Source: Octopus vulgaris (lineage: Eukaryota). Taken from it: a DNA stretch of 64,000 nt. A program made the translations under genes and the position numbers. Under the pieces are notes generated by a model. The model searched no databases, was not told where the DNA came from, and saw only the letters and a list, made by a program, of their open reading frames with translations. How positions within the stretch are numbered: position 1 is the first letter of the stretch; each line of letters opens with the position of its first letter. Location of the stretch: the NCBI GenBank assembly GCA_951406725.2, contig OX597816.1:20770001-20834000 (forward strand). The letters run 5' to 3'. Positions 52,444 to 64,000 of this stretch are shown here, piece after piece.

Positions 52444-53954
52444 ATGGAATTAGACTTAAGTTCAAAAAAAGACTTTCCCGAGATGGGAGAAAGTATAACA
52501 ACTGTTAAACAAAAGGAAACACAGGCAAAACCCAGTTTTTCAGACGCCGTAGGTGGCGAAGTCGAAGAAATGGAGGTGTCAATGGAAAGACTATTCAAGT
52601 TTAGATCGCTGGTGCTAAAAAGTGGTGAAGAAACACGATTGGTACCGCCCCCCGAAACTATACAAGCAATAAAGGAAAAAATGGTCACCTACAGGGTGTA
52701 CAATATCAAGGAAAAACGAATGACCGACGTGAAAAACGAAATGGTCGAAAAGTGTATGGCTCCAATATGGAGTAAAGTTAGTCATGTCAACCGAGGTGCA
52801 AGAAGCGCTACAGTGGAGGCGCATTTTGAAACGGCGGAAGTAGCAAGGCAAATTTCGACACAAACGTTGAAAAACGAGAGTATAATACTGCTACCCCTAT
52901 ATTTAGGATGCAGAACCGCAAAAGTGACCCTAGAAGATATACCAACGGGCTACGACGTGATGTGGGCGGCAACAGCGGTCATTTTTGATGTTGAATCAAA
53001 ATTGACAATTTTAAGTATGAAGAGAAAAATTGCAAAACACTGGAGAGGCCAGCAGCTGGAGATGATAATCCAGGCGGAAAATGCGACGTTGGAAAGCCTA
53101 CCAGACAGAGTCTTCGTGGGGGAGGGGCACTCCATACGAGTTTCGGTGGAAGGACGCAGGGCCAGATGTTTTAAGTGCGGGCAAAAGGGCCACGTTCACT
53201 CCGTTTGCACAAAAAAAAATAATGCGGGCAACGCCCCCCCACAAAACGCTGTGAAGAACGCAGAAAGCAGCAAAGTGGAGAAAAAAGTAACGGCTGGTGA
53301 AAACAAGGAGGAAAAAATAAACAGGTCGAACTCCAAAAAGGAGGAAGACAAGAACGAAATGCAAAATGAGAAAGGAAAGGATGAGGAAAATAATGCAACA
53401 AAAACAAATAAACAAGAAGACATGGAATTTACGAACGTGTCCAACAAAAGGAAAAAATCCATCACCCCTGACTCCCCACCCGTATCAAAAAAAAACAAAA
53501 CAACGCAGACGAAGAAATTAAAAATATTCTCCAATCCCACCCCGGCGGTACTACACTTATAGGCCAGCACTTTAACAAACCCCACCCCCCAACTGTAAAA
53601 GGGTTTAAACCCAACGAAAAAATTATTGCATACACCACAAAGAACGTGAGAGTAGAAACATGGGTGAAAGCAAGTACGCTGATCAGGTGCTACAAAGCGA
53701 CCGAGAAGGAAGCGGAGTGGCGATATGGAAGGGTCGGCGAAGAAGGATGGAAAGACAAAACCTTACAAAGCTACGTAAAAGCCGGCTTCAATAAGGATGT
53801 CACCCAGGAGGTGACAACTGGGAAATTACCCGTTAGCCCGGCAGCCACACCAACCCAGAGCCCGGTGGCAACGCCGGTGAAACACCCAGCAGCAATGGCG
53901 AGTGGGGTGGAGACAGGCAGAAAGAATCTGTCAGGCTCCCTCTCGCAACCGTGA
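52444..53954 (+). CDS. ORF1 (frameshift in the A run at ~53490)
   Basis: Track ORFs 52345-53562 and 53646-53954. Confidence 0.85.
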
Positions 53955-53977
53955 GTAAATAATTTTCTTTTTTCTCG

Positions 53978-56900
53978 ATGATTAAGTTAGGTTGTATAAA
54001 TGTGCGTGGAATGGGATCGAAATGGAAACAGGCTTGTTTTCGTGACGACATCATTTCACTTAGAATCGATGTAGCTATTGTTACCGAGTCCAAGATGAAG
54101 GGACCCCAAGCGTTCTCACCACTTCTCAATGGTTACGAGAAATTTATTTCTCCTAGCCGAGGGGGAGGTGCAGGCGTGGCAGTTCTTTTCAGGAAGAACT
54201 TGGACTTACAGGTAAGTACTGTCTTTTTGGACCCAGAAGGTAGGCTGGTTGTCCTAGATGTGACGCACGTGAGTAAGCAGTCCTTCAGGTTGGTGGCTGT
54301 CTACGCTCCTAACGGACGTGGGCAGACCGGTTTTTATCGGGAACTGGAGCACTTTCTAGTGACGTCCAAAACGGTAGTCTTGGTAGGGGATTTCAACACC
54401 ATTCTCGATGCGCGGGTGGATGGTGTAGGCTCGAGTGATAGGAAGGGGAATCCTGGCCTCAAGGCTCTACTAGCGAGCTTTAATCTAGTAGACCGTTTTC
54501 GACTGGATGAGCCGAACGTTCCACAGTGGACGTGGAGTAATAACGACGGCTCACTCAGATCGTACATAGATAGAGTATTTGTTAAGGAACGAGATAGGAA
54601 TAGTGTTAGCTGTCCACAATTCTCTGTTGTACCTTACACGGATCACAAACTTGTAACGTGTGAGGTACATGTAGATAAATGACATAGACAAGGTCCCGGG
54701 TACTGGAAGATGAACAAGTCTATTTTGACCTGTGAAGCTTTCCGTACCCGGATTAAGGAATTAGTACAGAGGGCATTATGTGGCACCATCATTAATAATA
54801 GATGGTGGCTCGCCCTCAAAAGAGCCATCCGTTTGGAGTCCATTAGATTTAGCAAGCAGCTAAGTTTAGATAGGACTAGAATAGAGGGCGAATTAGTTGA
54901 GAACTTAGACGAGGCTATGGAATCTGGCTGTGCATCCGGAGTGTTGGCAGCGAGAGCGGTATTGTACCGTCACCTCAACGCCAAGCACGAGGGGTGTAGA
55001 GTCAGAGCTAAGTTACGTGCAGGAAAACGAGAAGGTATTAACGTTGCCGGATGGGCCCGTCGTGAGGAGAGTCAGAAGGGCAAAAAGTCCTGTATTATGT
55101 CCTTAACTGACGAGCAGGACCGCAAGATCTATGGACAGGAGGAGATGCAGAAGGTCCTTCACCAGCATTTCGCACGGCTGTTTGGGGGCGGTGGCCCGCT
55201 CGAGCGTGGGGAGACCTTAAAGGACTTCCTAGCTGGTGGGCCTCGGCTCTCGGCAGGTGAGGCGGAGTGCTGTGAAGGATCGATCTCTCCCGCAGAGGTA
55301 AGAGGGGTTATGGCCGAGTGCGCCGGGGAAAAGTCACCGGGATTGGATGGTCTACCCTATGAATTTTATTGTTGTATGCCGGACTTGTTCGGGGACATAC
55401 TGGCCAGCTCTGTGAGTCGGGGAGTTGTGACGCTGGTCCAGAAAGACCCGAGCAAGGGGGACAGTATTAGTAATTACAGGCCCATAACTCTACTTAATGT
55501 AGAGTTTAAGATTTTGGCCAAGGTGTTAGCAAAAAGGTTGACGGCTGTCGTGGAGAAACTTGTCGGGAAGGCACAGACATGTGCAATCCCAGGCAGGTCG
55601 ATCCAGGATAATCTTCACCTTCTCCGCTACACTATAGATAGGGTCGGGAAATTAGACGGCAAAGGAGGGGCATTGGTCCATTTAGACCAAAGTAAAGCGT
55701 TTGATAGGGTGGACCATTGGTACTTGGCGGCGGTTCTCGAAGCGGCTGGGCTGGGCCCTGGCTTCTGCAGGTGGATCTCAGCTATGTACAGCGGCATCAA
55801 GTCCACAGTCCAGATAAACGGTTACCTAACGGAGCCGTTTTCGATCGAGCGTTCAGTTCGTCAAGGGTGCCCCTTGTCCCCGCTCCTGTATGTTTTGGCT
55901 CTTGAGCCATTGCTGCGGAAGCTGGAGAAGTTGGGAGGCAACCCTAATGAAATCGGATGCGGTAAGTCTGTTTCTGCCTATGCGGATGACGTCACCCTCA
56001 TCGTGTCCAACGGAACACAGCTACCTCGGGTAGTAGGTGCTCTCCATAGATACGAAGCGGTGGCAGGGGCAAAAGTTAACAGGGACAAGTCCATCGGTTT
56101 GCGCCTCGGCACCTGGAGGAACAAGCAGATACCGTCCAGTGTTGTTGGACACTGGACGGATGGTCCTGTTAAATTGCTCGGAGTCTGGTTTGGTCCAGAC
56201 TCCCAGACGGAGAAGAATTGGAGCGAGGTAACGAGCAAGGTGGATGCCATAGTACGGAAGTGGTCCGGAAGGCATCTTTCCTTGAAAGGAAGGGCGGAGG
56301 TGGCACAGATGTTTATAGCCTCTGTCGTCACCTACCGCCTGACCGTCGTGCCTTGCCCCGATTCGTGGTTAAACAAGTTGGAACGACTTCTTTTCCGCTT
56401 TTTGTGGAAAGGAGGAAAGCCACTTGTGAGACGCTCCGTGTGTTGCCAGGAACCGCTAAAGGGTGGACTGGGGATGCCTTGGCTAATGATGCGCAAGCAT
56501 GCGTTGAGGCTGAGACACCTCTGGTGTTACCTGGAGGATGATAAGGTGTGGAGTTCGCTGGCAGAGGAATTCTTCCCGCGACCGGCCTCTATGGAGGGAT
56601 TTACACCCGGTCTCATTAAAGGACGTAAACTGACTTCATGGCAGAAGGAGTGCCGACAGGCACTCTGGCTGATCCACAAGATGGGTAAGGCCGGCAGCGG
56701 GAATACCACCTCGGTGTTCTATAAAGGGCTGGTAGGAGGAAAAAATGACGACGTCCTAGGAAGGGCTCTGGGGTTCGATGAGGATCAACTCTCCAACCTG
56801 TTTAAGAAGACTTTCAGGCCGGGGTATTTGGATAATTACCAAAAATCCCTGACCTGGCAGTGCTATAGGAATGCATTACCTGTTCGCGAGAAGTTATCCA

Positions 56901-57328
56901 GGCACGGAATGTCAGTGCCACCGACGTGTCCAAGATGTGGGTTGGACGATGAAACCGTTCAACACGCTTTTGTACAATGTCGGGAGCTGTCAGGCTTGAT
57001 AAGTTACGTGGAACACGTGTTGTCGCATCTGGGACGAGTACAGCTGTCGGCTGGATCTATGATTAAGATGATACCGCCAACTGGACTCTCAAAGGAAGGT
57101 AAGGCTTGTTTTTACTGTACGGTGGCAGTATTGAAAGAGTGTGTATGGAGAACTAGAGTGGAAGGTCTAGTGAAAGGGTCCTTTATCTCTGGCCCCGGTT
57201 TGTTAAAATACTTCGGATATCATCTGAAGAGCAAGATGGGGTTGGAGAAGAGGAGCCTGCCACAGAAAGAGTATATGGAACGTTGGAAGGATGTGATGAG
57301 AAAGGTGGGTGAGAGTAACCCAGCTTAA
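53978..57328 (+). CDS. ORF2 APE-RT-ZF (TGA at 54680-54682; 39-bp in-frame deletion at ~55404)
   Basis: Same motifs as copy A. Confidence 0.92.
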
Positions 57329-57683
57329 TCATCGAGGAAAAGAAAAATCAGCTGCTGGGATTTATAGGCTGCCGGGTTCAAAATTGAAACTGGTACCTCC
57401 CATTACCTTTCACTGTACATAACTGTTTAAAATAAAGAATTAATAATAAAAAAAAAGAAATGAAAAGAAAACATACGCACTAAAAGTTCTCGTGATAAAG
57501 GCAAAAGTAAGCCAAGGTTTCGTTTCAAGGCAAAGTAAGCCAAGTTTTCGTTCAAGTGACATAAAATTTTAATTTTGTAATTTTTTAAATTTCATTCGAA
57601 CTCGCATAGCATTTTTGTAACTGTTTTGTCCTGTAATGTATCCATTCTATGTTAGATCTATTGATCATAATAAAGAAAATTTT

Positions 57684-57697
57684 ATCGCTTCTCGGCC
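57684..57697 (+). pseudogene. U2: U2 nt 1-14 stub between tandem elements
   Basis: AATAAAG AAAATTTT ATCGCTTCTCGGCC ATCGCTACG. Confidence 0.9.
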
Positions 57698-57968
57698 ATC
57701 GCTACGTGGTGTTTTTTGAATTTTTCCTCGGTTTATACCAATATTTTTCTGTTGCTGCAAATCGTTGTGTGAGTTCGTTTCCGTTTGTCTACTTTGTCGT
57801 GTTACACGTAATATCATTGTTGAACTGTTTTTGACCCAGTAATTTTCGCCCTTCGGGGTAGAAAATTTCTGTGGTTTTTTTTTTTTTTGTGAAATCTTAA
57901 CCTGTATAGGTTATTTTTGGAAAAAAAAAAATTCTCTTGTCATTTGTGACAAGTTTGTGTTGTCTAAT

Positions 57969-59479
57969 ATGGAATTAGACTTAAGTTCAAAAAAAGACTT
58001 TCCCGAGATGGGAGAAAGTATAACAACTGTTAAACAAAAGGAAACACAGGCAAAACCCAGTTTTTCAGACGCCGTAGGTGGCGAAGTCGAAGAAATGGAG
58101 GTGTCAATGGAAAGACTATTCAAGTTTAGATCGCTGGTGCAAAAAAGTGGTGAAGAAACACGATTGGTACCGCCCCCCGAAACTATACAAGCAATAAAGG
58201 AAAAAATGGTCACCTACAGGGTGTACAATATCAAGGAAAAACGAATGACCGACGTGAAAAACGAAATGGTCGAAAAGTGTATGGCTCCAATATGGAGTAA
58301 AGTTAGTCATGTCAACCGAGGTGCAAGAAGCGCTACAGTGGAGGCGCATTTTGAAACGGCGGAAGTAGCAAGGCAAATTTCGACACAAACGTTGAAAAAC
58401 GAGAGTATAATACTGCTACCCTTATATTTAGGATGCAGAACCGCAAAAGTGACCCTAGAAGATATACCAACGGGCTACGACGTGATGTGGGCGGCAACAG
58501 CGGTCATTTTTGATGTTGAATCAAAATTGACAATTTTAAGTATGAAGAGAAAAATTGCAAAACACTGGAGAGGCCAGCAGCTGGAGATGATAATCCAGGC
58601 GGAAAATGCGACGTTGGAAAGCCTACCAGACAGAGTCTTCGTGGGGGAGGGGCACTCCATACGAGTTTCGGTGGAAGGACGCAGGCCCAGATGTTTTAAG
58701 TGCGGGCAAAAGGGCCACGTTCGCTCCGTTTGCACAAAAAAAAATAATGCGGGCAACGCCCCCCCACAAAACGCTGTGAAGAACGCAGAAAGCAGCAAAG
58801 TGGAGAAAAAAGTAACGGCTGGCGAAAACAAGGAGGAAAAAATAAACAGGTCGAACTCCAAAAAGGAGGAAGACAAGAACGAAATGCAAAATGAGAAAGG
58901 AAAGGATGAGGAAAATAATGCAACAAAAACAAATAAACAAGAAGACATGGAATTTACGAACGTGTCCAACAAAAGGAAAAAATCCATCACCCCTGACTCC
59001 CCACCCGTATCAAAAAAAAAAACAACGCAGACGAACAAATTAAAAATATTCTCCAATCCCACCCCGGCGGTACTACACTTATAGGCCAGCACTTTAACAA
59101 ACCCCACCCCCCAACTGTAAAAGGGTTTAAACCCAACGAAAAAATTATTGCATACACCACAAAGAACGTGAGAGTAGAAACATGGGTGAAAGCAAGTACG
59201 CTGATCAGGTGCTACAAAGCGACCGAGAAGGAAGCGGAGTGGCGATATGGAAGGGTCGGCGAAGAAGGATGGAAAGACAAAACCTTACAAAGCCACGTAA
59301 AAGCCGGCTTCATTAAGGATGTCACCCAGGAGGTGACAACTGGGAAATTACCCGTTAGCCCGGCAGCCACACCAACCCAGAGCCCGGTGGCAACGCCGGT
59401 GAAACACCCAGCAGCAACGGCGAGTGGGGGGAGACAGGCAGAAAGAATCTGTCAGGCTCCCTCTCGCAACCGTGAGTAA
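57969..59479 (+). CDS. ORF1 (frameshifts at ~59020 and ~59428)
   Basis: Track ORFs 57957-59084 and 59168-59479. Confidence 0.85.
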
Positions 59480-59498
59480 ATAATTTTCTTTTTTCTCG

Positions 59499-62400
59499 AT
59501 GATTAAGTTAGGTTGTATAAATGTGCGTGGAATGGGATCGAAATGGAAACAGGCTTGTTTTCGTGACGACCTCATTTCACATAGAATCGATGTAGCTATT
59601 GTTACCGAGTCCAAGATGAAGGGACCCCAAGCGTTCTCACCACTTCTCAATGGTTACGAGAAATTTATTTCTCCTAGCCGAGGGGAGGTGCAGGCGTGGC
59701 AGTTCTTTTCAGGAAGAACTTGGACTTACAGGTAAGTACTGTCTTTTTGGACCCAGAAGGTAGGCTGGTTGTCCTAGATGTGACGCACGTGAGTAAGCAG
59801 TCCTTCAGGTTGGTGGCTGTCTACGCTCCTAACGGACGTGGGCAGACCGGTTTTTATCGGGAACTGGAGCACTTTCTAGTGACGTCCAAAACGGTAGTCT
59901 TGGTAGGGGATTTCAACACCATTCTCGATGCGCGGGTGGATGGTGTAGGCTCGAGCGATAGGAAGGGGAATCCTGGCCTCAAGGCTCTACTAGCGAGCTT
60001 TAATCTAGTAGACCGTTTTCGACTGGATGAGCCGAACGTTCCACAGTGGACGTGGAGTAATAACGACGGCTCACTCAGATCGTACATAGATAGAGTATTT
60101 GTTAAGGAACGAGATAGGAATAGTGTTAGCTGTCCACAATTCTCTGTTGTGCCTTACACGGATCACAAACTTGTAACGTGTGAGGTACATGTAGATAAAT
60201 GCCATAGACAAGGTCCCGGGTACTGGAAGATGAACAAGTCTATTTTGACCTGTGAAGCTTTCCGTACCCGGATTAAGGAATTAGTACAGAGGGCATTATG
60301 TGGCACCATCATTAATAATAGATGGTGGCTCGCCCTCAAAAGAGCCATCCGTTTGGAGTCCATTAGATTTAGCAAGCAGCTAAGTTTAGATAGGACTAGA
60401 ATAGAGGGCGAATTAGTTAAGAACTTAGACGAGGCTATGGAATCTGGCTGTGCATCCGGAGTGTTGGCAGCGAGAGCGGTATTGTACCGTCACCTCAACG
60501 CCAAGCACGAGGGGTGTAGAGTCAGAGCTAAGTTACGTGCAGGAAAACGAGAAGGTATTAACGTTGCCGGATGGGCCCGTCGTGAGGAGAGTCAGAAGGG
60601 CAAAAAGTCCTGTATTATGTCCTTAACTGACGAGCAGGACCGCAAGATCTATGGACAGGAGGAGATGCAGAAGGTCCTTCACCAGCATTTCGCACGGCTG
60701 TTTGGGGGCGGTGGTCCGCTCGAGCGTGGGGAGACCTTAAAGGACTTCCTAGCTGGTGGGCCTCGGCTCTCGGCAGGTGAGGCGGAGTGCTGTGAAGGAT
60801 CGATCTCTCCCGCAGAGGTAAGAGGGGTTATGGCCGAGTGCGCCGGGGAAAAGTCGCCGGGATTGGATGGTCTACCCTATGAATTTTATTGTTGTATGCC
60901 GGACTTGTTCGGGGACATACTGGCAAGCGTCTATGCAAACTGGCAACAGAATGGGAGGATTCCCAGCTCTGTGAGTCGGGGAGTTGTGACGCTGGTCCAG
61001 AAAGACCCGAGCAAGGGGGACAGTATTAGTAATTACAGGCCCATAACTCTACTTAATGTAGAGTTTAAGATTTTGGCCAAGGTGTTAGCAAAAAGGTTGA
61101 CGGCTGTCGTGGAGAAACTTGTCGGGAAGGCACAGACATGTGCAATCCCAGGCAGGTCGATCCAGGATAATCTTCACCTTCTCCGCTACACTATAGATAG
61201 GGTCGGGAAATTAGACGGCAAAGGAGGGGCATTGGTCCATTTAGACCAAAGTAAAGCGTTTGATAGGGTGGACCATCGGTACTTGGCGGCGGTTCTCGAA
61301 GCGGCTGGGCTGGGCCCTGGCTTCTGCGGGTGGATCTCAGCTATGTACAGCGGCATCAAGTCCACAGTCCAGATAAACGGTTACCTAACGGAGCCGTTTT
61401 CGATCAAGCGTTCAGTTCGTCAAGGGTGCCCCTTGTCCCCGCTCCTGTATGTTTTGGCTCTTGAGCCATTGCTGCGGAAGCTGGAGAAGTTGGGAGGCAA
61501 CCCTAATGAAATCGGATGCGGTAAGTCTGTTTCTGCCTATGCGGATGACGTCACCCTCATCGTGTCCAACGGAACACAGCTACCTCGGGTAGTAGGTGCT
61601 CTCCATAGATACGAAGCGGTGGCAGGGGCAAAAGTTAACAGGGACAAGTCCATCGGTTTGCGCCTCGGCACCTGGAGGAACAAGCAGATACCGTCCAGTG
61701 TTGTTGGACACTGGACGGATGGTCCTGTTAAATTGCTCGGAGTCTGGTTTGGTCCAGACTCCCAGACGGAGAAGAATTGGAGCGAGGTAACGAGCAAGGT
61801 GGATGCCATAGTACGGAAGTGGTCCGGAAGGCATCTTTCCTTGAAAGGGAGGGCGGAGGTGGCACAGATGTTTATAGCCTCTGTCGTCACCTACCGCCTG
61901 ACCGTCGTGCCTTGCCCCGATTCGTGGTTAAACAAGTTGGAACGACTTCTTTTCCGCTTTTTGTGGAAAGGAGGAAAGCCACTTGTGAGACGCTCCGTGT
62001 GTTGCCAGGAACCGCTAAAGGGTGGACTGGGGATGCCTTGGCTAATGATGCGCAAGCATGCGTTGAGGCTGAGACACCTCTGGTGTTACCTGGAGGATGA
62101 TAAGGTGTGGAGTTCGCTGGCAGAGGAATTCTTCCCGCGACCGGCCTCTATGGAGGGATTTACACCCGGTCTCATTAAAGGACGTAAACTGACTTCATGG
62201 CAGAAGGAGTGCCGACAGGCACTCTGGCTGATCCACAAGATGGGTAAGGCCGGCAGCGGGAATACCACCTCGGTGTTCTATAAAGGGCTGGTAGGAGGAA
62301 AAAATGACGACGTCCTAGGAAGGGCTCTGGGGTTCGATGAGGATCAACTCTCCAACCTGTTTAAGAAGACTTTCAGGCCGGGGTATTTGGATAATTACCA

Positions 62401-62887
62401 AAAATCCCTGACCTGGCAGTGCTATAGGAATGCATTACCTGTTCGCGAGAAGTTATCCAGGCACGGAATGTCAGTGCCACCGACGTGTCCAAGATGTGGG
62501 TTGGACGATGAAACCGTTCAACACGCTTTTGTACAATGTCGGGAGCTGTCAGGCTTGATAAGTTACGTGGAACACGTGTTGTCGCATCTGGGACGAGTAC
62601 AGCTGTCGGCTGGATCTATGATTAAGATGATACCGCCAACTGGACTCTCAAAGGAAGGTAAGGCTTGTTTTTACTGTACGGTGGCAGTATTGAAAGAGTG
62701 TGTATGGAGAACTAGAGTGGAAGGTCTAGTGAAAGGGTCCTTTATCTCTGGCCCCGGTTTGTTAAAATACTTCGGATATCATCTGAAGAGCAAGATGGGG
62801 TTGGAGAAGAGGAGCCTGCCACAGAAAGAGTATATGGAACGTTGGAAGGATGTGATGAGAAAGGTGGGTGAGAGTAACCCAGCTTAA
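59499..62887 (+). CDS. ORF2 APE-RT-ZF (single 1-bp loss in the G run at ~59683, otherwise open)
   Basis: Track ORFs 59499-59735 and 59696-62887 (1063 aa). Confidence 0.93.
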
Positions 62888-63243
62888 TCATCGAGGAAAA
62901 GAAAAATCAGCTGCTGGGATTTATAGGCTGCCGGGTTCAAAATTGAAACTGGTACCTCCCATTACCTTTCACTGTACATAACTGTTTAAAATAAAGAATT
63001 AATAATAAAAAAAAAAGAAATGAAAAGAAAACATACGCACTAAAAGTTCTCGTGATAAAGGCAAAAGTAAGCCAAGGTTTCGTTTCAAGGCAAAGTAAGC
63101 CAAGTTTTCGTTCAAGTGACATAAAATTTTAATTTTGTAATTTTTTAAATTTCATTCGAACTCGCATAGCATTTTTGTAACTGTTTTGTCCTGTAATGTA
63201 TCCATTCTATGTTAGATCTATTGATCATAATAAAGAAAATTTT

Positions 63244-63436
63244 ATCGCTTCTCGGCCTTTTGGCTAAGATCAAAGTGTAGTATCTGTTCTTATCAGCTTA
63301 ATATCTGATACGGTCCCTATTTGGGGCCATCGATATTAAACTGATTTTTAGAACGAGGCGAAGTGTTAGGGGCTTGCACCGCCTTTGCCACGGGTTGTCC
63401 TGGTATCGCAGTGCTTCCAGGATTCAGCCCATCTCC
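63244..63436 (+). ncRNA. U2: U2 copy 13, promoterless, with a few substitutions
   Basis: Full U2 after element C. Confidence 0.9.
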
Positions 63437-64000
63437 CACCCGGGAGATACAAATTAAAAATAAAAACAGATATGTTGTTACAGCCCCCTTTTTTTCTTTC
63501 ATCATCTCAGCGGGTTTTCCGTTAGTTGTCGTTGCTAAAGAACTTCCTCGCCGTCAGCAAGCGGTTCACGTTCGATCCCAACTCAACCCCATAGGTTTTG
63601 TCTTCTTTGCTGCCTCGATTCAAATCCCGTCATCGCAGTTACACCACCCCTACCAGGTTCAGCGGATTTTGAGAGGAACCTTTTCTTTCAATGCAGTCGA
63701 TTCAAATCTCCACTACTTTAAGTATACTTTTCTTTCTATATCCTTCAAACCAGGGCGGAATCTATTCTCTCTCCTGTTTCAGTCATTCAACTGCGGCCAT
63801 GTTGGGGCACAACCACGAACATTTAGACGAATGAATCGACACCAGCACTTATTTTTTTAAGCCTAGTACGTAAACTATCGTGTATAGCTGATGATACTAG
63901 CCCAAGTTGCTACGCAAAGAACTGATCTCGGACCCATGTTTTTGAGAAGCAAGATCCTTACTAAACGGTCATTTCTACCCATTTTTTTAAATTTTAAAGC

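Larger units (their letters stand above)
52173..57675 (+). mobile_element. U2-targeting Tx1 element, full-length copy B
   Basis: Near-identical to copy A. Confidence 0.95.
57698..63235 (+). mobile_element. U2-targeting Tx1 element, full-length copy C (head-to-tail with B)
   Basis: Near-identical to A and B; lacks their TGA. Confidence 0.95.

Noticed and set aside
5429-63436. CRISPR-like array or bacterial retron/RT system
   Set aside because: The repeats are spliceosomal U2 genes with kb-scale spacers, and the RT is a eukaryotic APE-type non-LTR enzyme.

Overview
AT-rich eukaryotic (metazoan) DNA. The repeat content suggests a cephalopod/Octopus genome, but that is inference. No host protein-coding gene is evident. 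From about 5 kb to the end, the window is an irregular tandem array of U2 snRNA genes, all on the + strand: 13 full-length copies, three 14-nt 5' stubs and one 3' fragment. The spacers are mosaics of a tRNA-derived SINE, a long-TIR MITE, Helitron pieces, a CR1-like LINE fragment and decayed Tx1 ORF1 relics. The dominant feature is a ~5.5 kb two-ORF Tx1/L1-clade non-LTR retrotransposon (ORF1 with a CCHC knuckle; ORF2 with APE, RT and a zinc finger). It is present as three near-identical full-length copies plus one 5'-truncated copy. Each full-length copy follows U2 nt +14, and every copy ends just before a regenerated, promoterless U2 start. Two copies therefore sit directly behind the U2 promoter, and the rebuilt target allows head-to-tail stacking. 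Most short ORFs in the track are spurious.
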